A stretch of DNA of 63,882 bases, the filler included, from Octopus bimaculoides (taxonomy: Eukaryota): assembly GCF_001194135.2 (NCBI RefSeq). It is 3 parts of 3 records of this genome, joined end to end, with 100 filler letters (N's around TTAATTAATTAA, not from the genome) between each part and the next. Parts side by side here need not be neighbours in the genome. Positions count along the whole stretch, not along the records: positions 1 to 31,256 come from NC_068983.1; positions 31,357 to 61,558 come from NC_068991.1; 1 more part is not named here. One strand, written 5' to 3'. This document shows, piece by piece, positions 26,792-38,722 of this stretch. Below the pieces are notes generated by a model. It did no database searches. It was not told the origin of the DNA and saw nothing but the letters and a program-made list of their open reading frames with translations. How positions within the stretch are numbered: the first letter of the stretch is position 1; each line of letters opens with the position of its first letter. The position numbers were made by a program, and so were the translations under genes.

Positions 26792-27340
26792 CAGGGCGCG
26801 TTAGATATTTGAGAACAGATTTATGCTTATTAAAAAAAAACCCAGCTATATAATAACATTATTTATCAAAAAATGCTATGCGAATAAAAATAGACCTACT
26901 TTTCTGTAATGTTATTCAATAAAGCCACCTTCAGCTTCAACATCTGCTGCTATATGAGATCTAAATCATCTACAAGCTCAAATCAATTGGTTCTGCTTCA
27001 TTTTGGACATGACTCTGACTATAGCAGCTTTCAAAGAATCTTTGGTGTTATGGGCGTGTTTATTGACTTCTCTCTCAACAACGCTCCACATGTATTCGTC
27101 CAATGGTTTAAGGCCAAATGTTAGCGGTTATGCGCTCATGAAAATTTTCTGCCATCAATCCCTGTGTTACTACAGCCGCGTGTAATGGTACAGAGTCTTA
27201 CTGAAACTCATATGAACTTCCATTGTATACGCTGTGTATCAAAGTCTTAACAATTATTTCCAGGACCTCAATGTAGGAGGCAGAGTTAACTCTAAGGCCT
27301 TGTAGAAAGAAGGCGGCATCCCCTAAAACCATCACAGTTC
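26792..27340 (-). mobile_element. Degenerate Tc1/mariner (maT/DD37D-like) transposon 3' remnant
   Basis: Minus strand gives VMVLG..QGLRVNSASYIEVL..FQ*DSVPLH..ENFHERITANIWP[SPDLN deleted]PLD..MWSVVEREVNKHAHNTKDSLKAAIVRVM..EAEGGFIE* (stop 26912-26914). The left end is TA|CAGGG, a typical Tc1/mariner terminus. The other TIR was not found. Confidence 0.82.
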
Positions 27341-28506
27341 TCTTCCAGCAGAGAAAACGCTGCGTCTTCGTTTACACATCTCTTTAGGAGACTGAAAATT
27401 CGCCACTGCGTTTACATTCTTTTACTTTTACTTCTGTATGATGACATAAAAGTACCGGATGTAGAAACACGCTGTGTGGTAGGCCATTGGAAGTGTCATT
27501 CCCCTAGCTTCCGTTGAGGCAAATGCCTCTGAGAAGAAAATTCTGAAGCACCTGTCTCACTGCGAATCCAGAGACCATGGTTTTGTTTATTTTTAGACAA
27601 ATTGCCTTTGAACGTGAGAGATTTAGCAAACTGATATTGACTTTAAATTTCAGGACAGGAGTTGCTAGCGGCCATTGTCTTTAGCATCAAGCAATAGCAT
27701 AACGTGTCAGCGATGACCATACTCATCTACGTATGATTATGGCACTAAACATGGAATTATTGCTTCATCTTTCTTAATCTCCTGCCCTTGCTCCATCTCA
27801 TTATCCTCTTTTCAGATCATTGCAACATTGTTTAGTGTAGAATATTATATTAATTGTGAAGAGGTTAACAAAGGTAGAATTAATCTTTGCTTAGAAGTCT
27901 GAAGATTTTATGCCAAGCGATGAACAATTTGCAAAAATAGATCGGATTATGTTATCAATAAAGATGGGAAATATTGTTGATTAACTAAATATATATATTA
28001 TAACTAAAGACCATTCATTTCTTTCTTATCTCCAAATGCGACAGGATTTTCTTTCATATATATGATTATGTGTGTAGGGGGTTGAGTGCACACACACACA
28101 CACACACACACACATGTATATGATGAGGAAAATGAAGAGTTTTAACAGAGAACTATCAATTTATTAACATTTTGTCAATTTATACTTGCCTATAATTGTT
28201 TCCATATCTACTCTCATTCAAATTACAAATTACAAGCCGGCCAAGCTTTGATGTAAACATCCCTTTTAAGAGGAATCTATATCCTCATGAGAAGACACAC
28301 ATGTACACACACACACACACACGCACAAACGCGCTCGCACATACACAAACACACACACACACTCAAACATACATATTTAAGAAGCTTGCTACCTAATCAC
28401 ATGGTTCCTGTGCCAGTCCCACAGTCTGGTAGAGCGGACAAGTGTCATTTACTTATAGCCGCGGGCCCATTTTTTAACTCGATTAGGTTCTTCCATTCAT
28501 TTGTAC

Positions 28507-28539
<33 letters not shown>

Positions 28540-29505
28540 NNNNNNNNNNNNNNNNNNNNNNNNNNNNNNNNNNNNNNNNNNNNNNNNNNNNNNNNNNNNN
28601 NNNNNNNNNNNNNNNNNNNNNNNNNNNNNNNNNNNNNNNNNNNNNNNNNNNNNNNNNNNNNNNNNNNNNNNNNNNNNNNNNNNNNNNNNNNNNNNNNNNN
28701 NNNNNNNNNNNNNNNNNNNNNNNNNNNNNNNNNNNNNNNNNNNNNNNNNNNNNNNNNNNNNNNNNNNNNNNNNNNNNNNNNNNNNNNNNNNNNNNNNNNN
28801 NNNNNNNNNNNNNNNNNNNNNNNNNNNNNNNNNNNNNNNNNNNNNNNNNNNNNNNNNNNNNNNNNNNNNNNNNNNNNNNNNNNNNNNNNNNNNNNNNNNN
28901 NNNNNNNNNNNNNNNNNNNNNNNNNNNNNNNNNNNNNNNNNNNNNNNNNNNNNNNNNNNNNNNNNNNNNNNNNNNNNNNNNNNNNNNNNNNNNNNNNNNN
29001 NNNNNNNNNNNNNNNNNNNNNNNNNNNNNNNNNNNNNNNNNNNNNNNNNNNNNNNNNNNNNNNNNNNNNNNNNNNNNNNNNNNNNNNNNNNNNNNNNNNN
29101 NNNNNNNNNNNNNNNNNNNNNNNNNNNNNNNNNNNNNNNNNNNNNNNNNNNNNNNNNNNNNNNNNNNNNNNNNNNNNNNNNNNNNNNNNNNNNNNNNNNN
29201 NNNNNNNNNNNNNNNNNNNNNNNNNNNNNNNNNNNNNNNNNNNNNNNNNNNNNNNNNNNNNNNNNNNNNNNNNNNNNNNNNNNNNNNNNNNNNNNNNNNN
29301 NNNNNNNNNNNNNNNNNNNNNNNNNNNNNNNNNNNNNNNNNNNNNNNNNNNNNNNNNNNNNNNNNNNNNNNNNNNNNNNNNNNNNNNNNNNNNNNNNNNN
29401 NNNNNNNNNNNNNNNNNNNNNNNNNNNNNNNNNNNNNNNNNNNNNNNNNNNNNNNNNNNNNNNNNNNNNNNNNNNNNNNNNNNNNNNNNNNNNNNNNNNN
29501 NNNNN

Positions 29506-29545
<40 letters not shown>

Positions 29546-29552
29546 ACTTTCA

Positions 29553-30125
29553 TCAGTTGTCGGCTGTCTACCTACGCCTCATTTCGAGCATTGAACGACA
29601 AAATGAGTTGCTCCCATAAATTCTAAAAAAGAAGAAGAATTATGTTTTATGGAGGGTCAAGGTCGGGAACAGAGAAATGACAGTGAAGACATACAAGCAA
29701 ACCGAACTAAAACATGCATGGACGTTCGTTAGACCTGAACGAGCGGAAAATAGTGAACGCTGGGCGAAACATTTTTTTGAAATGAGAAAGACAGAAGAGA
29801 GGGAGAGAGAAAAAATACGTCCACCCGTTTCGACATACGTGCAGGAAAAGAAAGAGGGACGCTGCGAGGAAAAGAAAGAGGGATGATGTTTCTCCCAGCG
29901 TTCACTATTTTCCTGTCGTTCTGGTCTAATGACAGTCCATGCTTGGTTTCGTTCGGTTTCCTTGTATGACACCACTGTCATTTTTTGTTACCAACTTTGT
30001 TATTCCCAATAAATCCTTAATTTTATTTTAGAATTTATGGGAGCAACTACCTTTGAAGACTCATATTGTCGTTCAATTCTCGAGGAATAGAGAGATAGAG
30101 GACAATTGACGAAGGGTCCTTTTTC
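29553..30125. mobile_element. Large imperfect palindrome / fold-back element (~220-bp arms, ~110-bp spacer)
   Basis: 29664-29775 is the reverse complement of 29884-29990, and agttgctcccataaattctaaaa at left mirrors ttttagaatttatgggagcaact at right. The ORF track shows mirror peptides (AWTFVRPERAENSERW and AWTVIRPERQENSERW). Confidence 0.8.
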
Positions 30126-30238
30126 TGTGTTAACTTGTCCAGTTTTCTTTTTTTTGTCCTTGTTTAAGTATTTCATGTTATTTGCACCATTGGTGACGTC
30201 CTGTACAAATGTATGCATGTATACACACACACACACAC

Positions 30239-30515
<277 letters not shown>

Positions 30516-30752
30516 TATTTATATTAATATTCCTTTACTTTTCAATACGTTTTTCCAAATTCTGATATGATGTACATGATTTTTGTTTTTATCTAGTCTG
30601 GAATAAAAATTAATGTTGTTTATATTTCCCATTTATATCATTTTCGTATTGTAGTTTGTTATTAGTTTTTGTTATGCACAAACACACATACCCATAGACG
30701 CACACACACATAGACACATGCAAGCCCACAGGTGTTTGTGTAAGTCGAAGCA

Positions 30753-30809
<57 letters not shown>

Positions 30810-31074
30810 GACGGACGTGCTGTCACATCGGCTGCAAAGGTAAACCTCTTTTTGACCTTCTATTGCCCACATTTTGTTGGAATTTTTTAATATTTTTGTT
30901 GCGAAGCACCTAGGCTCCATTTCTGTGAATTTTTAAAGGCAGGAATTGGCCCCCAGGGCAGTTTCGGCCCTAGCAAAATACAAAAATTTCCTTCTCGACA
31001 TTTGAAAAATGTCGAGAAACACAATTTTGGAACGCTTGTCTTGTTCTTTTGATGAGCATTTCCCAAGGCTTCAG

Positions 31075-31185
31075 ATGCCAGAAGAGAAAAAAGAACAGAG
31101 TAGCGCGTGCTCACACAGTGGCAGGAACGCAGTTGCTGTAAACGTCACAAAGACGGCGATTACAGCTACTAACAGCCTTCTCACC

Positions 31186-31217
<32 letters not shown>

Positions 31218-31256
31218 CAGCAAGGACGCAAATTTATCGGCCGTCAGCACCGACAC
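31075..31256 (+). CDS. Candidate first coding exon truncated by the assembly linker: MPEEKKEQSSACSHSGRNAVAVNVTKTAITATNSLLTTTTTTNNNNNNSKDANLSAVSTD...
   Basis: ttcag|ATG; GC/CpG-richer than its flanks; open until the Ns; poly-T/poly-N low complexity; upstream donor AAG|gtaaac at 30839/30840. Confidence 0.35.
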
Positions 31257-31356
31257 NNNNNNNNNNNNNNNNNNNNNNNNNNNNNNNNNNNNNNNNNNNN
31301 TTAATTAATTAANNNNNNNNNNNNNNNNNNNNNNNNNNNNNNNNNNNNNNNNNNNN
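31257..31356. other. Artificial 100-bp scaffold linker
   Basis: Exactly 44 N + TTAATTAATTAA (stops in all six frames) + 44 N; an identical structure occurs at 61559-61658. Confidence 0.95.
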
Positions 31357-33570
31357 TTTATTGATTCTGGAAGGACAAAAGGCAAAAATTGTTGACCCCA
31401 TCGCAGCAAGATTTAAAATTCAGAACATAAAGGGACGTAACTAGATACCACAAGGCATTTTAAACCTTGGTTATACCATTTCTGCCACTCCACTACCAGC
31501 AAGAACATAACAACAACATTAGTAATAATAATAATTATAATAATAGTAATAAAAATATAAAACAACTACAACAATGACCATTTACTACTTTGTAGTCATG
31601 GAAACCTAGATTCGACTGATTGTATACTGGTTGATAGATTTTATATATATATATATATATATACCAGCTTTCTTCAGAACTATATACATACCTTACTTTT
31701 GCACACACACACACACAAACATGCATATATAATTATATATCCATAAATTCATATATAATTATATCTACATACATGATATATTTGTCCATAATTTACATAA
31801 TTGTATGTATATACACACATATATATATATATATATACACACACACAGATGCTTATATAATTATATCTACACACATGGTACATATATATATATATGTATA
31901 TATATACACACAGACATAGAACAACCAGTACGACTGCAGGCGAAACTTATGTGGTCCTCGTACTCAGATGTAGTAGTAGTATTATTAGTAGTAATAGGCA
32001 GTAGTAGTAGTAGTAGTAGTAGTATCAGTGCTGGTAGCGGTAGTTGCAGTAGCAGTAGTAGTAATAGTAGTAGTATGAACAGCCCCAGCAACAGCAGGAA
32101 AGAAGGGTTCGTGTGGAGTGTTTTCAGAGGTCACGGTGAGAGTGCATATCTGTATGCATGTGAATGTGCACGTGTATGTGCGTGTGTGTGTGTGTATGTG
32201 TGTGTGTGTGTGAAAGAAAATGAGAGAGAGAGAGATGGAGGAATAGGTGGCAGTAACGAAACCCAAAACCTCCACCAAAAACCACAACCGACAACACCCC
32301 TATTCTATCTCTTCAATACTTCACCAGGTGCTAAATATAATTGATCCCACTGTTGTGCACATGTTTATGTCAATGTGTAGGTGTCAGTGTGCATGCATGA
32401 ATGAGTGTGTGCATGTGTGTGTGTGTGTGTGTTTATGTGCGTATATGTTTGTAGGTTTGTGTGCGCCTGTTTGTGATGTGTTTAAATATGTGCTGTACAT
32501 TTCTTTTCTGTCTGACCCGGAAACCTCCACCTGTCCTTCCATCTACCCATCCATCCATCTGTCTGTCTGTTTGTGTATCTGACTGTCTGAACCCATGTCC
32601 ATCTACCCAACTGTTCTGCCACTTGGCCAAACGAGTTGACCATTGACTGCTAACCAAACAACCAAATGGCTGGTTGCTCAAGCTTGGAGAGAGAGAGAGA
32701 NNNNNNNNNNNNNNNNNNNNNNNNNNNNNNNNNNNNNNNNNNNNNNNNNNNNNNNNNNNNNNNNNNNNNNNNNNNNNNNNNNNNNNNNNNNNNNNNNNNN
32801 NNNNNNNNNNNNNNNNNNNNNNNNNNNNNNNNNNNNNNNNNNNNNNNNNNNNNNNNNNNNNNNNNNNNNNNNNNNNNNNNNNNNNNNNNNNNNNNNNNNN
32901 NNNNNNNNNNNNNNNNNNNNNNNNNNNNNNNNNNNNNNNNNNNNNNNNNNNNNNNNNNNNNNNNNNNNNNNNNNNNNNNNNNNNNNNNNNNNNNNNNNNN
33001 NNNNNNNNNNNNNNNNNNNNNNNNNNNNNNNNNNNNNNNNNNNNNNNNNNNNNNNNNNNNNNNNNNNNNNNNNNNNNNNNNNNNNNNNNNNNNNNNNNNN
33101 NNNNNNNNNNNNNNNNNNNNNNNNNNNNNNNNNNNNNNNNNNNNNNNNNNNNNNNNNNNNNNNNNNNNNNNNNNNNNNNNNNNNNNNNNNNNNNNNNNNN
33201 NNNNNNNNNNNNNNNNNNNNNNNNNNNNNNNNNNNNNNNNNNNNNNNNNNNNNNNNNNNNNNNNNNNNNNNNNNNNNNNNNNNNNNNNNNNNNNNNNNNN
33301 NNNNNNNNNNNNNNNNNNNNNNNNNNNNNNNNNNNNNNNNNNNNNNNNNNNNNNNNNNNNNNNNNNNNNNNNNNNNNNNNNNNNNNNNNNNNNNNNNNNN
33401 NNNNNNNNNNNNNNNNNNNNNNNNNNNNNNNNNNNNNNNNNNNNNNNNNNNNNNNNNNNNNNNNNNNNNNNNNNNNNNNNNNNNNNNNNNNNNNNNNNNN
33501 NNNNNNNNNNNNNNNNNNNATATATATATATATATATACACATACACACACACACATCTGGGTATAGTTG

Positions 33571-33735
33571 TAGATACTAGTGACGTCGCATCTCATTTCT
33601 ACAGCTGAGTGAACCGAAGCAACATGAAATAAAGTGTCTTGCTCAAGAGCACAACACGCAGTCGGTCTGGGAATCGAACTCACAATCCCACAATTGTAAG
33701 CTCAATGCTCTAACTACTGAGTCATGAACATGTGA
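33571..33735 (-). mobile_element. CORE-like SINE, partial
   Basis: gtgttgtgctcttgagcaagacactttatttcatgttgc..cagctgtagaaatgagatgcgacgtcac on the minus strand. Confidence 0.8.
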
Positions 33736-33811
33736 CCACACACACACACACACATGCATATATACCTGTATGTGTGTGTGTGTGTAGTGTATACGCTATA
33801 TTATATCCACA

Positions 33812-33997
33812 GTGACTGGCCCTTGTGCCGGTGGCACATAAAAGCACCCACTACACTCTTGGAGTGGTTGGCGTTAGGAAGGGCATTCAGCTGTAGAAAC
33901 TCTGCCAGATCAGATTGGGGCCTGGTGCAGCCTTCTGGCTTGCCAGTCCTCAGTCAAATCGTCCAACCCATGCCAGCATAGAAAGCAGATGTTAAAC

Positions 33998-34039
<42 letters not shown>
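33812..34039 (+). mobile_element. RTE-tail short element (family D) with (GAT)n tail
   Basis: gtggcacataaaagcacccactacactc..tggttggcgttaggaagggcatt..aaacgatgatgat. Confidence 0.88.
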
Positions 34040-34040
<1 letters not shown>

Positions 34041-34539
34041 GCAGGATTTGAAGAAGAGAATGTGAGGAGCAGCAAGAAATACCACAAGGTAGTTTGATCA
34101 TTGCTTTGATAATTCTGCCATTCCACAACCCATAATAATATCCTCTGCCTCCTCCTCCCTCCTCCCCCTCCTCCTCCTCATCCTCTGCTGTTTCCATAAG
34201 AGATAGTGTTGGCTCAATACTTCAATACTGGCCAATCCACTTTTACTATTGATCCTTGTCTGTAGGAAGATCAGCTGTTTAACTAAATCCAATATTACAT
34301 CCACCCAGATCTTTATTAACTTCTGAAAAACTCCTTTAATGCAATAAACCTCTGCAGTCTAATTTTAATAATATAAATCTGAGAGCAATGACAATTCTGG
34401 TCTTCTCAAGGCATTTTTCATTGATATGATGAGACATGCCCCTTTTTTAACATGATATGGCACCAACTGTTAAAGTCTACATTTATTTAATTAGGGGTAG
34501 GTTACATATTTAGGATGAAAGAGTAGTGGGTGGTTAAAA

Positions 34540-35470
34540 TAGCAGCGACCAGATGAAGGAGCAGTACCTGAATGAAGGAGTAAGCGCTAGATGTAAAGGC
34601 AGTGACTGGATGAAGGAGTAAGGGTTAGATGTAGGAGCAGAGGCTGGATGGAAAGTAGGGGTTGAATGAAGGAGTAAGGGTTAGATGTAAAGGTTGTGAC
34701 TGGATGAAGGAGTAAGGGTTAGATGTAGGAGCAGAGGCTGGATGGAAAGTAGGGGATGAATGAAGGAGTAAGGGTTAGATGTAAAGGTTGTGACTGGATG
34801 AAGGAGTAAGGGTTAGATGTAAAGATTGTGACTGGATGAAGGAGTAAGGGTTAGATGTAGGAGCAGAGGCTGGATGGAAAGTAGGGGTTGAATGAAGANN
34901 NNNNNNNNNNNNNNNNNNNNNNNNNNNNNNNNNNNNNNNNNNNNNNNNNNNNNNNNNNNNNNNNNNNNNNNNNNNNNNNNNNNNNNNNNNNNNNNNNNNN
35001 NNNNNNNNNNNNNNNNNNNNNNNNNNNNNNNNNNNNNNNNNNNNNNNNNNNNNNNNNNNNNNNNNNNNNNNNNNNNNNNNNNNNNNNNNNNNNNNNNNAG
35101 TGACTGGATGAAGGAGTAAGGGTTAGATGTAGGAGCAGAGGCTGGATGGAAAGTAGGGGTTGAATGAAGAGGTAAGGGTTAGATGTAAAGGCAGTGGCTG
35201 GATGAAGGAGTAAGGCTCAGAAGTAGGTGTAGTGACTGGACGAATGAGTAGTAGAAGGTTGAAGGAGCAGTGACTGAATGAAAGAGATGAATGAAGGAAT
35301 ATGGTCGTTGGATGAAAGGTCATTGGATGGATGAAGGATCAGTGATCAAAGAAGCAGGGATCAGACAAAAGAGTAGTGTCTGGATGAGAGCAGTGGTCAG
35401 ATAAAGAAGTGCCTGGTCAACTGAGCAGTGGGTGAATAAAGAAGCAATGATCAGATGAAAGCGCAGTGTC
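34540..35470. repeat. Purine-rich minisatellite with a ~19-nt monomer, containing a gap at 34899-35098
   Basis: Recurrent gactggatgaaggagtaag / ggttagatgtaggagcaga / ggctggatggaaagtaggg units, fading into degenerate copies after about 35330. Confidence 0.9.
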
Positions 35471-35557
35471 CATGACCTTCATATATCTCCACCAAGAACG
35501 GTCAAACTTGATAAGGTCGATGGCTGGTTGAACGTTTCAAAGTCAATGTCTGTTCTA

Positions 35558-35989
35558 TGATGGGGTGTTGAAAGTTCCTGGCCTTGGGTAAAACAACAAA
35601 AATACAGGAGGATCATTTATGATTTTATTCAAAATATTTCGTGGCCGTTGCCAGTACCGCCTGACTGACCTCCGTGCTGGTGGCACGTAAAAGCACCCGC
35701 TACTCTCTCGGAGTGGTTGGCATTAGGAAGGGCATCCAGCTGTAGAAACTGTGCCAAATCAGATTGGAGCCTGGTGTAGCCATCTGGTTTCACCAGTCCT
35801 CAGTCAAATCGTCCAACCCATGCTAGCATGGAAAGCGGACGTTAAACGACGATGATGATGATGATGATTTCCCTCTCAGATTCACACACTTATGACAGTG
35901 GTCCGTCAATTTTTTTAGCCATGCAAAAGAAGTTTAAAGGTTCGGCTTCCAACCAGGCCTTTCACAGGAACTTTTCAGCACTCTCCTCA
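35558..35989. mobile_element. Internally deleted mariner-type element (MITE) with a nested SINE
   Basis: TA-flanked TIRs: TA|tgatggggtgttgaaagttcctg at left and caggaacttttcagcactctcctca|TA at right. An RTE-tail SINE occupies 35641-35868. Confidence 0.72.
35641..35868 (+). mobile_element. Family D element nested in a mariner MITE
   Basis: Colinear with the 33812 copy. Confidence 0.88.
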
Positions 35990-36993
35990 TAAAGAACTCC
36001 NNNNNNNNNNNNNNNNNNNNNNNNNNNNNNNNNNNNNNNNNNNNNNNNNNNNNNNNNNNNNNNNNNNNNNNNNNNNNNNNNNNNNNNNNNNNNNNNNNNN
36101 NNNNNNNNNNNNNNNNNNNNNNNNNNNNNNNNNNNNNNNNNNNNNNNNNNNNNNNNNNNNNNNNNNNNNNNNNNNNNNNNNNNNNNNNNNNNNNNNNNNN
36201 NNNNNNNNNNNNNNNNNNNNNNNNNNNNNNNNNNNNNNNNNNNNNNNNNNNNNNNNNNNNNNNNNNNNNNNNNNNNNNNNNNNNNNNNNNNNNNNNNNNN
36301 NNNNNNNNNNNNNNNNNNNNNNNNNNNNNNNNNNNNNNNNNNNNNNNNNNNNNNNNNNNNNNNNNNNNNNNNNNNNNNNNNNNNNNNNNNNNNNNNNNNN
36401 NNNNNNNNNNNNNNNNNNNNNNNNNNNNNNNNNNNNNNNNNNNNNNNNNNNNNNNNNNNNNNNNNNNNNNNNNNNNNNNNNNNNNNNNNNNNNNNNNNNN
36501 NNNNNNNNNNNNNNNNNNNNNNNNNNNNNNNNNNNNNNNNNNNNNNNNNNNNNNNNNNNNNNNNNNNNNNNNNNNNNNNNNNNNNNNNNNNNNNNNNNNN
36601 NNNNNNNNNNNNNNNNNNNNNNNNNNNNNNNNNNNNNNNNNNNNNNNNNNNNNNNNNNNNNNNNNNNNNNNNNNNNNNNNNNNNNNNNNNNNNNNNNNNN
36701 NNNNNNNNNNNNNNNNNNNNNNNNNNNNNNNNNNNNNNNNNNNNNNNNNNNNNNNNNNNNNNNNNNNNNNNNNNNNNNNNNNNNNNNNNNNNNNNNNNNN
36801 NNNNNNNNNNNNNNNNNNNNNNNNNNNNNNNNNNNNNNNNNNNNNNNNGAAATGCTTTTTAGCATCATCTGAGTTTTGGTAAAAAAAAATTTGAAAATTC
36901 AATGAAGCAATCAAAAGCATGTTCCAAATGGATGAAATAATAATAATAATAATAACAATAATAATAATAATGATGATAATAATAATAATAATG

Positions 36994-37038
<45 letters not shown>

Positions 37039-37180
37039 TTTATGATGATGGTAATATTTCTTTAACAATGTGCTATTGCACAATGAACAAGGGATCCAGT
37101 ATTCATAGTAGCTTTGATTTCAATCATAATCCCACTTGAGTTTCTGAATGCTTTACCCCCTGATAATAACAGTAATAATT

Positions 37181-37537
37181 ACAAAAGCAATCAGAGAGTG
37201 CAAACCTCTGCCAGGGCAACACCAACGTCCTCTCAATGATTACCCGGAGATGATGTTTTAAAATGAGAATATCTGAAATAAACTCAACTGCTCTCACAAA
37301 CAAGAATACTAAAAATGAACACGACCGCTCTTAAAAATTAAGTAAAAAATCCGGAAAAATAATCCAGAATCCTTGTCCGGTACCGGATCAATCCCAAAAT
37401 CTAATCAGTTTATGCCAGTCATGAGACCAAACATCCCTGAAAGTTTCCTCTGAATCCATCCAGCGATTCTTGAGATATCTTTTCCACGGAGAAGACAAAC
37501 ACGACTGAAAACAATACCTCCACCTTGGTGGACGTAA
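37181..37537 (+). mobile_element. Non-autonomous Helentron/HINE (DINE-1-like) element
   Basis: 5' subterminal ACCTCTGCC (37204-37212) and 3' hairpin ACCTCCACC-TT-GGTGGACGT (37516-37535), consistent with a CpG-decayed ACCTCCGCC/GGCGGAGGT subTIR; internal AAGTTTC..GAATCCATCCAGCGATTCTTGAGATATC core; AAT-rich flanks. Confidence 0.62.
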
Positions 37538-37544
37538 TAATAAT

Positions 37545-38306
37545 AATGGTTTCAAGTTTTGGCACATAACCAGCAATTTTGGGGGAGGGGGTGAGTCAAT
37601 TAGATCGACCAAAGGATTCAACTGGTACTTATTTCATCGACTCCGAAAGGATGAAAGGCAAGGTCGACTGTGGTAGCATTTGAATCCAGAACATAAAGAC
37701 GGACAGATTGTTACTAAGCATTTTGCCTGGCATGGTAACGATTCTGCCAGCCTACCACCTTAATAACAACAACAATAATAATAATAATAATAATAATAAT
37801 GATAATCCTTTCTACTATAGGCACAAGGCCTGGAAATGGTGGGGAGGGGATAGTCAATTACATCAACCCCAGTACTTAACTGGTACTTAATTTATCGACC
37901 CTGAAAGGATGACAGGCAAAATTGACCTCAGCGGAATTTGAACTCTGAACGTAGTGGCAGATGAAATACTGACAAGCATTTTGCCCAGCATGCAAATGAT
38001 CCTGCCAGCTCGCCGTGGTCATACCATTAAGCATTTTGCCCAGAGTGCTAACAATTCTGCCAGCACATGCTCAAGTGGTACTCACCTCACTGACCCCCAA
38101 AGGACGAAAGGCAATGACTTCAAATTTTTACCACAAGAGCAGTTTGGGAGACGCGATTAAGTCAATTACATCGACTCCAGTGTTTTGACCCCAAAAGGAT
38201 GAGAGATGAAGTCAACCTTGGCGGAATTTGAACTCAGAACATAGCAATGGGTGAAATACCGCTAAGCATTCCATCCAGCATGCTAATGATTCTGCCAGTT
38301 CACTGC
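37545..38306 (-). mobile_element. Stack of at least three degenerate family B SINEs separated by (AAT)n
   Basis: Recurrent gaaaggatgaaaggcaa..ggaatttgaactc..ttctgccag blocks. Confidence 0.85.
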
Positions 38307-38324
38307 CTTAATAATAATAATAAT

Positions 38325-38660
38325 ATGTGGCATCTTAAAGCAAGAACTATTACTGTTATTGAAGGTGCCCTAAGTATGATCAAAAAGGGATGTCAGAAAC
38401 ATCTAGATAACATCCCAGGAGAACCATGTCTCAGAGAAACCCAAAAGATTGTACTGACAAGTACTGCCCACATCCTTAGAAAAAGGCTACCCATTTAAAT
38501 GTCTGTGTTGTATTACATGAAGACATTTCACTATTGCCCCTGCCACTTCCCCTCCCCAAGCTTTCAGTCAAACTGTAACATCTCTTATCCTTCACTCGCC
38601 CCAGGATGCTAGGTGTGTCTCAGCAAGTGATTGTAACAAACATGCAGATTAAAAGGAAAA
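38325..38660 (+). mobile_element. 3' end of an RLE-type non-LTR retrotransposon (R4/Dong-like)
   Basis: MWHLKARTITVIEGALSMIKKGCQKHLDNIPGEPCLRETQKIVLTSTAHILRKRLPI* resembles the post-endonuclease C-terminus of R4/Dong elements; flanked on both sides by (TAA)n. Confidence 0.78.
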
Positions 38661-38668
38661 TAGTAATG

Positions 38669-38710
<42 letters not shown>

Positions 38711-38722
38711 GTAATAGATTAC

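Noticed and set aside
31301-31312. TTAATTAATTAA as a biological motif (also at 61603-61614)
   Set aside because: Centred in identical 44-N pads, so it is an assembly linker.
34540-35470. Regular repeat array as CRISPR
   Set aside because: No unique spacers, no cas genes, eukaryotic context.
38247-38498. 83-aa ORF as a gene
   Set aside because: A fusion of an antisense SINE head, an AAT tract and the end of an RLE retrotransposon.
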